A stretch of 61,486 nt of DNA, filler included, from Choristocarpus tenellus KU-1152 (lineage: Eukaryota > Protista > Phaeophyceae), in assembly GCA_964200185.2 (NCBI GenBank). It is 11 parts of 11 records of this genome, joined end to end, with 100 filler letters (N's around TTAATTAATTAA, not from the genome) between each part and the next. Parts side by side here need not be neighbours in the genome. Positions count along the whole stretch, not along the records: positions 23,834 to 29,321 come from CAXNAD020010634.1; positions 29,422 to 34,502 come from CAXNAD020011938.1; positions 34,603 to 40,354 come from CAXNAD020009842.1; 8 more parts are not named here. One strand, written 5' to 3'. The position numbers were made by a program, and so were the translations under genes. Shown here one piece after another: positions 26,541 through 40,202 of this stretch. The first letter of the stretch is position 1. The number at the start of each line of letters is the position of its first letter. Below the pieces are notes generated by a model. The model was given only the letters and a program-made list of their open reading frames with translations. It was not told the DNA's origin and ran no database searches.

Positions 26541-27302
26541 ACCACCACTACCGAAAAAACAATAGTACACTAATACACGTTTGTGCTGACAATTGTACCG
26601 TGAACCATCTACTGCAATTGTCGTTCCTGTTGTCAAATTTTGTTTTCCTTGTTATGAGGCACTATGTCAAGGTTTTCATATCAAAACGATGAATGTTGAG
26701 TGGGTAGGGATATTGAGGGGGATTAGCCCATCGTTATACCATAAAAACGCAAGACTGCTATTACGAGAGATGCTGAGGCAAATCCAGCACAAGATTTGAA
26801 GGAGGAAACGGAGCGACAAGATACATGATAACTGAACCTCAACACGTAAAATGTAAGGCATGAACAAAATAATTAGTCGTAGTGCAACAAACACAGGACT
26901 TACTATGAGATGTAGTGGAGTGTGTGTTGCCTTTTGCCATAGAGTTTGGATAGTCCCAAGACTGGAGTGTAAATATTATACATTTCGAAGTATTCTCCTC
27001 CTGGAGTATATATTCTACTTCGTATAAAACATACTTAAGCATGTAGGAATGAATATAAATACCCATAACTTGTAACCTATTACATATATGGGGTATTATT
27101 TCTACACTACTACTCTACAAGTATATTTGTGGTGGTGCCTATGGATTTTTTCATCCCATACTCTATACCTCCTGAAACTTTGTACAATTCTTTGGACTAT
27201 GGCAAATATTCTTGTCATGAATAATGTCGGTATGGCTCCTGGATTTGTGCAGGGAAGTCAGTCCACAAATAAATTGCCATCAAGTAGATGTTATCAACAC
27301 TA

Positions 27303-27566
27303 GAGCCAGAGTATCTTAGAGGGTAGGGCCGTGTCCATTTGGGGACCAAAATTCATTGTTGAGATTTGGATGTGATTTTGGCTATCGTTTTTTTTAGGAA
27401 GTGTCAATATCCTTGCTCCGGACACACCTTTTTATAACGTATGTATACAGTTCACCCACTCGGAAACTTTTTTGGAGCGGGAAAATATCATTAAAATGTT
27501 TGGGGGAAACCAAGCACCAAATGGACAAACAGGGCAGAACTCGTACCCTCTAAGATATTTTCACTC
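27303..27566 (+). mobile_element. Sola2-like MITE, family A, full copy
   Basis: GAGCCAGAGTATCTTAG...CTAAGATATTTTCACTC with TSD ACTA. Confidence 0.85.
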
Positions 27567-29421
27567 ACTACTATAGTAGTAGTAGTAGTAGTACCACTGG
27601 GAGAGAGACACCTCTTCTTCGTTCATTCAGATCTACAACGTACCTCCTTCAGTATGTGCTTTCGTGATTTCTAAAGAGTTGAAGAAGCAACTTTCTCGTG
27701 GACTGCAAGCTCACTATGCACGACACTTTTTTTTTTCGACATAGGGACCATTCTCCTGATTCTTGATAGCAGATACGAGGAGCACTTTAAGTATATTGAG
27801 CTGTACCATTCAAAAGGGTAAACGTTTGACCCCGGTTTGTCCGTTCGAGGCATGAGATTTTGTGGCGAAGCACGACATTTTTTTTTTTGTCTCTTCGCCG
27901 TTTGGTTAAATGTACAAGTATTGTCGATTTTGACGCTCATTTTTCTTTTTCTCGGTTCCGGAATTGTTGATATCAAAATCACAACAATGAATAATGACCC
28001 CGAACAGACGCCCACCACTCCCTGTAAAATGGTGACGCTCATTGGATGAATATCTGTTAGGAATTATACCAATATCACCTATAATAGGTAGACTATGCAA
28101 GCAGTCCATTTCGCACATATGCTAGGACTGATATAAATTCTACACCGAAAAATTCAAAAGTATAAATGCATTGACAATAATGTTTATCACAATATCCACC
28201 TACAGCAAACTCGTTGTAATTTTCCTACTCTCTGTAGAACCTTTTCCTTTGTCAACTCATCATCTACTAGTATATAAAAAAATAAATGTTTACTTTATGG
28301 TGCAGTTCAAGGTCCATTACATCCAAACAGAAAATTGTGTTATTTTGTTTGAATCATTACTCTTATGGTATGGTGGAGGTGAACCTCTATGTCAAGACGT
28401 TACATTTTCGTGGTGGGTGTGGAAATATAATGCCAGCTCATATTTGTAGAAGTGTTTTGTGGGGCATTATGTCAATTTCGTAGGGCTAGTAAGGGTGGTT
28501 TCAGAGATATTTCTTTCTTTCCCATACACATACAGCTCATTTCCTGAGGAGTATAAAGAGAAGAATGGAAGTGCGAACTGCTAAAGAAGCACAGCAAGAA
28601 ATTTCTTGGCAGAGTTTGTAGTACACACATGTGAGAGTGAATATTTGAATAGTCCAATCTTTCCATTTCGTGGTTGGATATTTTCCAAAGGATGGAGTCG
28701 AAGTGGTTCAATCATTCACTGGTAGCTACTGTGCACAAGGAATTTTGCCTATGAAAACTGACCCAATATCACTATCTGCACCATAGTCTGGGACTAAGAA
28801 CTCAGCTGAGCCCAACCTAGCCCTGACTCATCGTCAGAGGCACTACACACTCAACTACATTGTTAACTAGTTCGCATCAACTACAGACTACAGTTGCCCT
28901 TCCACCACGACCAAGTGCTCTGCCTCGTATACATGCCTTGCATTATTCTCGAGTCTTGGGCTCACTCATCCCACCGGTCGTTCCTCCAACATCCACCATC
29001 AAATCCTGGAGTGTACTACTCCCCTGGCTGCATTGAAGACTTGACATTTCCATTCGGGTTTTCTGTTACAGGATGGAAGTCTCGGTAGGACCTCCATGTT
29101 ACAGCATGCCCCTGAAGCTAAACTCCAACGACCTTAAAACGACGCTATGGGGGCGTTTCCCTTGGTAACAGTCTGTAGGGTGTCAGGTAGCCTTCTCTCT
29201 TAATATTCCACTCAGTGCTTAGCTCAAAGCTCGGCTCAAAGTTTCGTTCAAGCAAGGTAAAAAGACTGGTAAGAGGGGTAAAAGTGATTTCACTAAAAGC
29301 GACCCAGAGTATCTGGGGGGGNNNNNNNNNNNNNNNNNNNNNNNNNNNNNNNNNNNNNNNNNNNNTTAATTAATTAANNNNNNNNNNNNNNNNNNNNNNN
29401 NNNNNNNNNNNNNNNNNNNNN

Positions 29422-29503
29422 AATATCACAAAAACCCCATGGGAAGTCAAGCCCCAAATGGACAAACAGGGCAAAACTCGTACCCTCTAAGATACTTTCA
29501 CTC
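29422..29503 (+). mobile_element. Family A MITE right end at contig start
   Basis: Nearly identical to 19968-20049 (1 mismatch by eye). Confidence 0.85.
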
Positions 29504-29851
29504 AAAAAAATCCTTAACTGGAACGGAATTGCTCACAAGGAACCTCAATTGATATGGCGGTATATCGCATACGGCAATAACGGTTTTCACGCAGATGGTG
29601 GTATACATTCGAAACTTCATACCGTCACAAACACTCACATTCAGCCAACTCCACCAACTAATACCTACAAGTATATTATTATTTCCTCTGACATTTTGGA
29701 GATAGGTTCGATATGTTCCCTATGCAGCGGATGAGGAATTGTGATGATGGTGGAAGCAGGGCTTCAGATAATGAGCCAGGCGGAGTGCCCATGATCATAT
29801 ACAATACTCGGAGTATATCAAAATTTCAAATTCTTCACCTTCGAGAGTGTT

Positions 29852-30032
29852 GGCTCGAAGTATCTGGGGGGAGGGGGAGGGTCTACACCACGGTGTCCAT
29901 TTGGGCCATAACCAGGAGAAGTGCACCAACATTATCCACCTGACGCATGCAACCAATCATCAAAAAATCACAGCATGGAAAAATGGCCCCCAAATGGACG
30001 GCCGATCCCCCCCACCCCAGATACTTTGAGCC
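29852..30032 (-). mobile_element. Family B MITE inserted in decayed LINE
   Basis: TIR GGCTCGAAGTATCTGGGG / CCCCAGATACTTTGAGCC, homologous to 20698-20879. No clear TSD. Confidence 0.75.
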
Positions 30033-31640
30033 ATTCGAGTCTTAACCTCAAGTAAGACACACGAGGTCCGGTCGTAAATTACTTGGCCGTACTTGCGGAA
30101 ACAACTACAAGCTTTCTGAATCCAACTACTGATCTCAGGAGTAATAGCGGCATCATCACTGATAGTTCCCCCAACGTAAATTAACCTATCAGTCTGCCCG
30201 TAGGTCTAGTTCAGTGCCTGGATCGGCAAAGTTTCGGCATCCTGATCAGGCGGGTGAAGACAAGTAGACTCCGTTTTTAATGCCGATACAGCTAGAGTGA
30301 CTTTAAGCTGGTCACCTTCACACACACTGTTATCATCCTGACCAAACAAACCTTCTCAGTTATTGGATAGAATACCTGCACCATCTGTATAAAGTGTACT
30401 CCATAAAAGTGCTGTCCCACTCCCTGGTGCTCCTGCTCCTCTCATCTGTTTTTTTGTGGCCACTCTCCTGATCATATCAAGGTCCTTGGAGATGGCCGAG
30501 TCAGAGGTGTCTACCTTAACTGCCAAATTTAGCGTTGCAGCAAAGAAGACGGAGAAGAGGATTGGAGCAAGAAAAAAACTACCTCTGCCAAAGAACCTGT
30601 CCAACCTCAAACCAGTCTGTGCACTCATCATCATCCTCGCAAACTTATGCCCTTACACCATCATGAAATCGACAGGTGACAGAGATCATCTCGAGAAGTA
30701 TGCCCATGATTGACCAGCACAGCCCCCAGGAGACCCCGATGAACAGAGTCACAAATGCTTCCTGTAGATAGATAAAGCACACAATGAACAGGGATACATG
30801 CTTTTACCAGTCAATCTCTTGGAGGGCAAGTACAGGTTCCATGATGTTCACTGTGGCGGGTTGGAACCAGAAGCCACAATGTCCCTCATGAAGGATTTCT
30901 CTCATTCCAGGTAACTCCCCAATCCTGTGCAACAACCTTTGAGGAGGACTTTGCCAATGTGCCACCAATGAGATACCCCTGTAGTTGCCACAATCAGCTC
31001 AGTACTTCATCTGGTAGGGCACAGTGAAGATCACATCTTTCCAGACCCGCAGCTCAACTTCCTGGTTCCACCTAGTCAACAAAATCTTATTGAAACCCTA
31101 AAGGATGGATACGTCCTTCTATAGACCAAGCCCCACGAGCTCAACTGGAATGTTTTCAAGAACCATAACCTTTTCATTTCCCATTTGCCAGGAGTGCTTC
31201 GGCCACTTCCATCATCGTTGGAGGAGTGCTGGGGGTCATGGATGTGGTGTGTTGATATAGGGTTTCAGCATTATGGAGTTTGAGATCAACCAACTTGTTC
31301 GAGAAAATATCCTGTGAAGTATCTCCTCCACCGTTCCATGATGTAGCTTTCTCCACACGAGTAGTTGTCCATACTTGCTACGAATGTGCTCTGGTTCTCT
31401 CGATGTTAAAGTCTCGAAGGTGTTTGGTAGAAACCAGTTTTGTCCCCAGAGCAAATAAGGTCTTGCATCTTCTTGGTGTAGGTGTCAAGAAACTCCTGCA
31501 AGTCAGACACCTTCACCCGTTTGAGTTCTTTGTCAGCCTTCTTCTGCGCCTTCTTGAAATGGCATTTTGGGATATATGCGAGAGTTGTTTCCATGCCCTT
31601 TCTCGTTTCTCCTAGGCTTCCAAGATGATTTTTATGCACA
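30033..31640 (-). mobile_element. Degenerate RTE-clade LINE reverse transcriptase
   Basis: Minus-strand motifs occur in the expected order: PTMMEVAEALLANGK, IPVELVGLGL, WKDV, DCGNYRGISLVAH, LAPILFSVFFAA, LWSTLYTDGAGILS (YADD decayed), QTYRQTDRLIYVGG, CFRKYGQVIYDR. There are many stops and frameshifts. Confidence 0.85.
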
Positions 31641-32385
31641 GCACCCTATAGATATCATTGTAGTAGAAGAACTTCTGGGGTAGCGTCCAAGAAATGGGTG
31701 GATACGAAGGTGTCATGTTGTCGACATTGGGAGGTATATTACGTGTATCTATCTTTGGGTGGGACTGTATCTAGTAGATACATGGTATGTATGTGATTGA
31801 ATGTTGTTGGGATTGTTGTGTTCTTATTTGTAAAACTTCCAATACATGGACTTCATTATTGTCTTCCAAAACAGAATATCAAAATGCCCAATAATTGCCC
31901 TAACACTAATCCTTGGAAGATCTCCTAAATCTGTCCAATTATTTAAAAAAGTGCTGTAAAGGTAACAGATAATAAATACTCACATTGAACGTTGTAGTAG
32001 TGTTTACAGGATATCGAGTTGCTTCTAACAATAAAATATTATTTTTATTGAATATTTTTAATTGTTAAACTGATATGTATGTAGAACTGCTATTGATAAT
32101 ATGTATACTATATTGGAACTTTATGTTTTGTCATACTTGAAATAGGACTTCCGACTTTTATGCGAAAACCCTGCATCAGTCAGTCTCCTCTCAACATACT
32201 GGTCGATATATCTTGTTCACAAGTGGAAGTACCAGAGGAAGGTGGCGATCTCGATGCCAACCTCAGCATGGAACAAGAATCAATAGATTTCCTTCATCTA
32301 GAGATTATTCAAGCATAAGCTGCAAGATCTTTCTGTCAGCGAACCTGGACGGTGCAGTGGTGTTTGGCTTCGCTATCGGGAAAAC

Positions 32386-33076
32386 ATGGGTGGAGTCCCT
32401 GGAGTCCTGCTGTGCCTCTGGTGCCGTGGAGGATGTTCCGCTTCGACCGTGGCCTCTGCTTTGACTTTCTTTCCTCCGGATCCACCATGCTACAAGGTAC
32501 TATTTGTGCAGGACAGCCACTTTCCATTCTGATTTATGTGAAGTTGGTATCTAAATTTGGGATTATAATGACTTGTTGCGTTTGACATGTGGTGAAGACA
32601 CATTCTCAGTTGACCTAGACTAATCGGAATATAGTTATGCACTAAGCGCCTGACAAAGGTGCAATGTCACCAGCCCAAGCCTGAATGAATGAAAGGTCTA
32701 TTTCCTTGGTACTCTGTGTGAAGACCACGGGACGGGGCGTGTTTTGCTGTAATTACCAACTGGTGCCAGGATTTCAGCTACACCTGATGGTCTCCACATC
32801 TACGTGGCTCAGCTCATTATATCTGAACTCCACATGTGTACACTAATCCCTGTAGCTTCGCATGGGGTCGTCATATTGAACTCTTAGTCTAAGTCGAGTA
32901 GGAACACCCTTCCTTGGTGTTGCACTCATTTTAGCCCGATGCAGAGGATGGATTGACGAAGGGTTGATAATGCCAACTATTCCTTCCTGTACCCTCTGTC
33001 TGTGTCTACTCTGGATAAGGTGAAGAAGAAAGAAGGGAGCGATGAGCTTGAACTTGTTGTAGAGGACTTCCTTGAG
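32386..33076 (+). CDS. ABHD17: ABHD17/FAM108-type alpha/beta hydrolase (depalmitoylase), first two exons
   Basis: Exon 32386-32496 reads MGGVPGVLLCLWCRGGCSASTVASALTFFPPDPPCYK, matching the family N-terminal A..L.F.PP.P.Y motif with its Cys cluster. Exon 33020-33076 reads VKKKEGSDELELVVEDFLE. The intron is GT-AG, phase 0. The catalytic exons were not found. Confidence 0.7.
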
Positions 33077-34296
33077 GTGGGTGCAAGCTTTCCTAGCCCA
33101 GTTGAGGGAGTCAATGTGCTGTTCCATCCAAGAGTAGTTCTCTAGTCTGCGTAGGGACCCCATCTCTAATTAAAATATGAAATCTTTGCTAGCAATGTTG
33201 TTCATCCTGTAGTGGCTCAATAATATTTCGACGGCGCAGCATCAGCTGAAAGTATACCACCACGAGCAATGACCATTACCTTTCCTAGCGGATGAGAGGA
33301 GGTTACTTACCTCATCTGTCTCGTAACAGACTTCTCCTGGCTGATTTTCCCTGAAGAAGGGTTAACTTTTCCTTGAACAGGACACTCGTTAGGTAAGACC
33401 ACTCACGTAAACGGCGTCACGAGAGTTGATCCAATGAACCCCTGTAGAGTGCAATTGAGTTGCAGCATCTAGAGGATAACCGTACATCGTTTTGCACATA
33501 TCCTCCGATGGCGCCTTGTGTGAGAAGGACAGGTTCTACCCGTCCAATGTGAACAGGTGATGTGTGATATTACTACAGGAGAAAGTACTGCGTGAAGAAA
33601 AAGTAACGATGCCAACTTCTGACAAGTTCGTTGGACCCAACAGTGGTTGTTCTTGTACGTCTGGAACAGACACTCTGTGATTTCAACGAACCAATGGCTT
33701 GGAGAATAGAGAGGATGGGGGATGGGAGTGGGGAGGCAATGTCCAGAAGAAGCTGGGAAGGTGTTAACACAGTGTTCCATCACACCATACGAGGAAGAAG
33801 GGGTATATATCTCTCCCTCTCTCTATGTATGTCTTTCTCAAAGTTTTTGCCTGTATGTGTCGAATACTTATTTTATTTTATTTTGATGAAATGTGCAGGA
33901 AATGACAAGATTGTCCTGGCAGATAGATAGGTGGTGCACACATATGCACCCTCTGCAGTCCGCCTGCTGGAAACACTTCAATCGTTTTTTAACCATTATG
34001 TACTACAGAGAATTGATTTTTTTTTGTTGGAGTGGTGGAAATAATGACAATAAGAACGCTATGAAAATTTGAGTGGGGTAGCAGGGGTAGGCAAGGTTCT
34101 CAAGGTACTAATTAAAACTCAGTGTATGGAAAAGCATGTATGAAGTATGTATCTGATTTGAACAATATATATATATATATATGAAATAATAATATTCATA
34201 TATATATGAAAAAAAACTTGCGTATTCTAATTTATGACCGGTGCAACGCGAGACACGTGCAAGCTTTCTTTTTTTATTTTAAATGTTATGCTTTGG

Positions 34297-34325
34297 GTTA
34301 GGGTTAGGGTTAGGGTTAGGGTTAG
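34297..34325 (+). repeat. Interstitial telomeric repeat (TTAGGG)n
   Basis: gggttagggttagggttagggttagggttag with unique sequence on both sides. Confidence 0.9.
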
Positions 34326-34400
34326 AGTATTATTTTTAATATATCAATATACCCTCAAGCAATCTTCACATATCATCACGTCATCGAGACCCCTCTCTCC

Positions 34401-34454
<54 letters not shown>

Positions 34455-34859
34455 ACAACCCAACCCCCCACCACACCCCCCCCACCCCCACCACCCAAGA
34501 ACNNNNNNNNNNNNNNNNNNNNNNNNNNNNNNNNNNNNNNNNNNNNTTAATTAATTAANNNNNNNNNNNNNNNNNNNNNNNNNNNNNNNNNNNNNNNNNN
34601 NNTACACAAAATAAGGTACACCTCACTATTGTCCTATTTTGCACACTTTTCACATGAAGATTCCGTCCTCTCCACAATGGATAAAGCAGTGAGAATGGGC
34701 TAGACAGTAGAGGTGGAGGAGAGTGCCTATCAAAAGTAGTGAGCAAAAACATTCCTACCTGAAACAATACCCAGTAAATAAACATGTACCTTCCATCGAA
34801 CCCTACCACTCTTCCTATGGCTATACCTTGACTATTGATGCCCCCATGCTGCATAACAG

Positions 34860-36547
34860 ATGCGAAAAGGACACCACCGCCTTCTTCCCTTCCTTGTGGC
34901 GGCCAACCCTGTTAACTATGGCCGACCATTCAAGCTCTCTTGCGCGGAAGCCATCGCAGCAACACTCTATATTGTGGGGCACCAGGCAAGGCTGGTTGAA
35001 TTGAAGTCAGTCCCCCCTGCAGGTGTAGAGGAACATCACCTCACATTTTTCCACAAAGCATTTCTAGTGAAAACAGCACACACATGCACATGGTGCACCA
35101 CTTGTTGCCCGCCACTGTATAGTATGATATATATTTTCTTGCGAATATGGTAATGAGCATCACTCTGTGGAACCTTTTGTCCAACCTTCATACAAAGTGA
35201 TCTGTACACCTCGAACTGAATTTCACTCCATGCCTTGATCACCAATATCAGCCCCACTTTCCCAACTCTGCTCTGTGCAGAAGGAGGATGTACTCCAGAA
35301 GTAAACAAATATATTGCACAGTCAGGGGGATTTCCATCTCTTCGTTGGAGCCCCCCAATGTTTCATAACCTGTTCTACCCTGCCCTATTTGCACCAGGAG
35401 GAGGCAGTTGAGCTTATGGGGTGTTTTGGCTGGGGACCAGAATTTCTGAGGATCAATGCAGAGGTTCTGGAAACCTATGCTGCCTGTGCCAATGGAGCTG
35501 AGGTTGTCAAGGCACAGGTGCACTCTCACGTGAACACCTACAAGCCCATATTCATGTACAATGGTGCCTAATGCATAGAACTACAAAAGGCTGGAGTCGC
35601 AGATAGCGGCACCTTTCACAAAAGTTTTTCCCCAGTGTATCTCGCACTTCCCCTCTAGTGAGACATTTGTTGTGAACCCACTCCACCACCAATCCAGGCA
35701 TGCATTGTGTAGCTCACAGGAGGTCTCCAGCGCTGCTCAGCTTTGAACGTAATATATCCTTACATCAGTTCCATTCCCCTCCCTTTTTTTTATTTCTCCT
35801 TTCCTTCATCTGCCGTGTTGCTGTGCATCTTACACGTAAACTCAAGAACTTTCCCCACATTTGACTGCAACCGCTGACCCCTGATATCACTGTTGAATCC
35901 CCTTCAATGTACCCCTCCATTCCGTTCCCCTTCCCTGAGGATCCACTAACCTGGATATTTCCTGAGGATACCCTCCGCCGCCCATTGTTCAATTCAAGTC
36001 CTGATCCATGTGCAACCTCAGGTTTGCTTGTTTGCCACCCACTTCTTACAGAGCTCAGTGGTAGGGGGTGATATCAATTTGTAAGCTCTCAAGTCACCAT
36101 CTGTACCACCTGTTCTAAGCTATAGGTCTCTCTTGTTTGTCCCTTCCGCCCCTGCCTCCTCCTCGGGGCCCATTGTCCAAAAATCAATAGGAAGCATTCC
36201 TGGCACGTTGCCAGTCAGAGGCTGTAGCCAGGAGGGAAGACGTATCATTGGAAGATATGATGCCCCCTTCCTATTCCGATATTGAAGGTGAGGAGGAGGA
36301 GGACAGAGGAATGGAAGCAGAAAGGGGTTATGGCTCAGAGAATTGCAAGGGGGTAAATATAGGTGACAGAGAGGATACACAAACTCGAAGCAGGGGAGAG
36401 AAATTGGTTGGAAAGGGTTGTGATATTTCTTCTGAGGAGGTACTAGAAAGGGGGAATTGTGACTGGGTTGATGGAGGAAATATGGAGGAACTAGAGGTGG
36501 AAGCAAATAAAAAAGATAACTTCCTATGTGGGGGGGGAGGATGGTAA
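34860..36547 (+). CDS. TSR3: 18S rRNA aminocarboxypropyltransferase Tsr3 (3' three exons)
   Basis: Exon 34860-34985 reads [37 protein letters not shown]. Exon 35398-35517 reads [40 protein letters not shown]. Exon 36191-36547 reads EAFLARC... through an acidic tail to the stop. The first intron shown is GC-AG. Confidence 0.92.
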
Positions 36548-39500
36548 TAGTGCCTCTGGAATATTGGAAGAGGCTGGAAGCAGTGGAGGACTGTGGGGTG
36601 GGGGGATGGGAGATTCAGGGATAGACAGCGGAGGAATGGAAGCTCTTGGGGGTTCAACATAGTGACTACTTGAGAGCAGTGGCACAATACCCTCAAATTG
36701 TGATGAGGCGAGTGTTTTGATGTGCAAGGACAGATGTTGTTGGAATTGTATTGAAGATGTAACTGAGATTCCAAGGTGCGTGCTTGTGGCAAGAACCACT
36801 ACTGGTCAAGAACTCATAGTGACGACCTTAACCATTATGAGTGGAATTTTTTTCACCATTTTTGTACTATATGATGAGCTGTGATTGATTCGAATGCAAA
36901 CTCTCTCCTCGGTTCAGTCTTACATGGACTGCAGGATGCTGTTGAGGGATTGATGTTTCACGAGGTTGGTACTAATTATAATTTGTGTGTTTGTGTGTGT
37001 GGATAGGGAATTCAGCATGAGATGGGTTGGTATATATTAAACTTGGTTCAGACATTATTTTTATTTGTGCTGTATGTTTTTCCATGTGTTGCTATTTAAT
37101 TGTAGAGTACTGCAATGTCCGGGGTTCCCCCCCTGCAACATGATGTACGTACTTCAGTAAGAACCGAACTTTCATCAAAGAGCGCTGACAAGCCACCCCG
37201 TAACTCCTTTCATTGATTTAACGAGTTCGCATTGCACATCTGCACATCTTATTCTCACTTCACTGTTGTGGTACTACTATTGATGGGAGATAGTGGATTA
37301 TTAATCACCACCATTTCAAACACAAGCATTCGAGTATTTGGGGCTCTTACATCTAGGGACGCCAACATTAGGCACAATGTCCTCTTTCTCTGTGTGGGTA
37401 GGCGTTTCCCCCCTTATTCATGCCATGTAATAAACCAGCAACAGTACCTACCAGGTATACTTGGAAACTTTTTTTTTTTCAGCTGTTTCCATGCACATCA
37501 GAATCAAGGTGGTTAAGCAGCATTGTAATTTAGGGGGGTCAGCTGGACAGTTTGACGTTATGATATATTTGCTGGCGATGTAAGGTATACCCTAGATACT
37601 AACAGCAGTGTTTTTTCTTGCACAATAGTAATCTTACCATACCACCAACCAGATTATTTAGGGGTGCTTCGCAGTCAGAATAGATGCCCCTTCTGCTTCA
37701 CTTCTCCACTTCATGAAGGATCAGCATGTTGCCATGTAGGTGAGGGAGTACGCAGGGCCTTAAAACTGGAGTGGCAGTTAACCAGGGCAGGCTGGGCTGA
37801 CTGGACCCATTTCATTCCTGAAGACCTTGGACCAGCCCCATTAAGAGCTATCTTACCTGGAGTGGCTGGTACCCTGACCCTGTTAAATCCCACTTTACCT
37901 GGGGCAGCCCCATCAGTAAAAGGGTACCTCAGTCATAATTGGTGCTGCCATTTTTAATCTGTATTATACTTTAAGAATATTTATGTGTAAATTTAAACTG
38001 TGTTCATAACTGTGTTCATAACATGTACCTACTTTTAAACTATGTACTTTGAAGTTTGAAATTCATTTAACCATTCACAATTCACCTTTGAAACACTCAG
38101 CCCAGCCCTTCTAAAATATATCTTGCTCAAGCCGATCTTGGTCTTGCCCCAACAAAGCTATTGGAATGCCCTAGCCTGACCCATACAAAAATATTTTTAC
38201 TCACCCACCTCACAACCCTGCCGGGTCCTTTAAAATCCCCAATAACCTAGTTTAGCCGTGTTAATAGATATTGTTTACCAAGTCAACTCAGTGTCCAGCC
38301 CTGTCACAGTCACTTGGACCAGTGTCAGCGCTGTATTAGTAACAGGCCTAGTTGCATTGTCGCTCATCTGCTCAGAAGGCACATACGTATCAACAAGAAC
38401 TGCTGTTGTGTCAATATTAATATGACTAGTAGCGTGTTCGCTTTAGCCTGGGACTATCCTGACCTGTGGTCAGAGGCAATGCACACTGCACAACCCCTCA
38501 TACTAACTACTGTAACAAGAACAGTAATTTAATACTATTAATTATTCAGTTTTTTACTGCATTGATATTGCTTCTTGCGTGTTGGGTTCAACAATCCCAT
38601 CACTCATCACTCCACCTCCTCCCTCAGATCTTGAGCTGGACAAAGCCTCGATGTCACCACCTCAATCTTGGTTTGGCGAGTTTGTGTTACTTGCAACTGT
38701 TACAACACAGTTGTACTCGTACAGGAGTACAATCTGTTGTGCGTGCCATGTGCAACTGGCTAACCGAAAACCAGATTTCAAGGGGAAAATATTGCATCGA
38801 TGAGGTTCAAACCCATGAAATGCATGCACGGAATAGTCTCCTTAACCAGTGACGAAGAAGGATGTGTTATGTACGTCCGTGGATACGCTTCCAGCGCCAC
38901 ATCGTACCAAGTTTCAGGAGTTCCTAACTCATGCAATATCCAAGACAGCCTTAACATAGTCGCCCCTTCCTCACCCACCTTTGTTCACTTTTTATACCTA
39001 CACGCAAACAAGTACTGCCACAATTCAAGCCCAAAAAATTTTAGATTATTATCTTAATCACAAGACCAGCAGTATACATCATCCTTGCCTAAATCCATTG
39101 ACCACTTTGACATATTGGTGACTTGATAAAAGCAAGGAGAAATAGCAGGACAACCATATCGTTTAATCAGTTGGCATGTTATTTGCTAAGATGCTGCTTG
39201 CAGCAACCCACTCATCTTGCAGGAACATCAAATCTCAAATTATTTTTTTATGTGCTTCTCGACATGTGCATTATTGATTGCATAAAAGCCATATGAAAAC
39301 CTGCACCCTTAACTCGGAACTTGCCTTAACATGAATTTTCTTAGGACTGATCAGGATTTTTTTGATTCTACCTCTGAAAGCACTTTCTATGCATTCTGTA
39401 TTGTGGGTTGCTCATTTTTTGTCTTTTTGTACAATACACATATATATAGTAATCGATAGACATCGCCAGGAAAATTCAAACTTGGTGAACTATCCATTGC

Positions 39501-40202
39501 CCAAACCTCTACCTAGTCATAATGCTATCCTCTTAATCACTAACTCAACAAAGCCTGCAGCATTGCTGATGGCTCATTGGACGCATGAGTGAAGGAGACT
39601 GATATGTCCTCATGCTACTATGCCTTCTAACCTCTAGCAAAACTACTGCCTTGCTATCCACCTTCAGCACATACAATAATGCAAATATTGACTTCTGAGA
39701 TTCCACCATATCCTCGAGCTCTACTATAGGATCGTCTGTCTCACAATGGGAATAACAGCCCACTGTCGAGAGTGAACGAACAGTCTGCAGGCTATCAAGG
39801 TTAGTTGGATTTCTATCCAGCCACTTGCTATCAAAGACATCAGTCAACAGATACACAAGATCCACCTCTGTATCAAGAGCTGCAGTACACCTTCCCCTAT
39901 CCCTGCCAGTCCTTTCACTGCTTCTTCTATGCTCTAAAATAAGAGCAACCACGGAGTTCAATCCCCTCTCCATGTCCGCCAACAGCTATCTCACTTTGCC
40001 TTATGGCACAAACTAAACTCCTCCAATGATGCAAGCATATCAGTTCAACACATACCTTGAACTCCAACTTCAAATGTATTCATTGTGCCTCCCCAATTCA
40101 GAATGATCCTCAAATATATTTAGGGCCCCACCTCAGGTGTGAACGGCATGCAATGCCAGGTCACACAAAAATATCGAAGTTTATGTTACAAGAACTCAGG
40201 AG

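Noticed and set aside
31716-32196. Solo LTR (TGTTG...CAACA)
   Set aside because: The flanks TGTCA/TACTG are not a TSD. It may simply be the AT-rich region upstream of ABHD17.
32224-32464. TRAPPC6/Trs33-like words (DFLHLEIIQ, GFAIGKTWVE)
   Set aside because: They need a stop and a frameshift, whereas the third frame gives a clean ABHD17 first exon with a proper donor.
34297-34502. True chromosome end
   Set aside because: There are only ~5 TTAGGG units followed by unique sequence, and the contig ends in poly-C-rich sequence.
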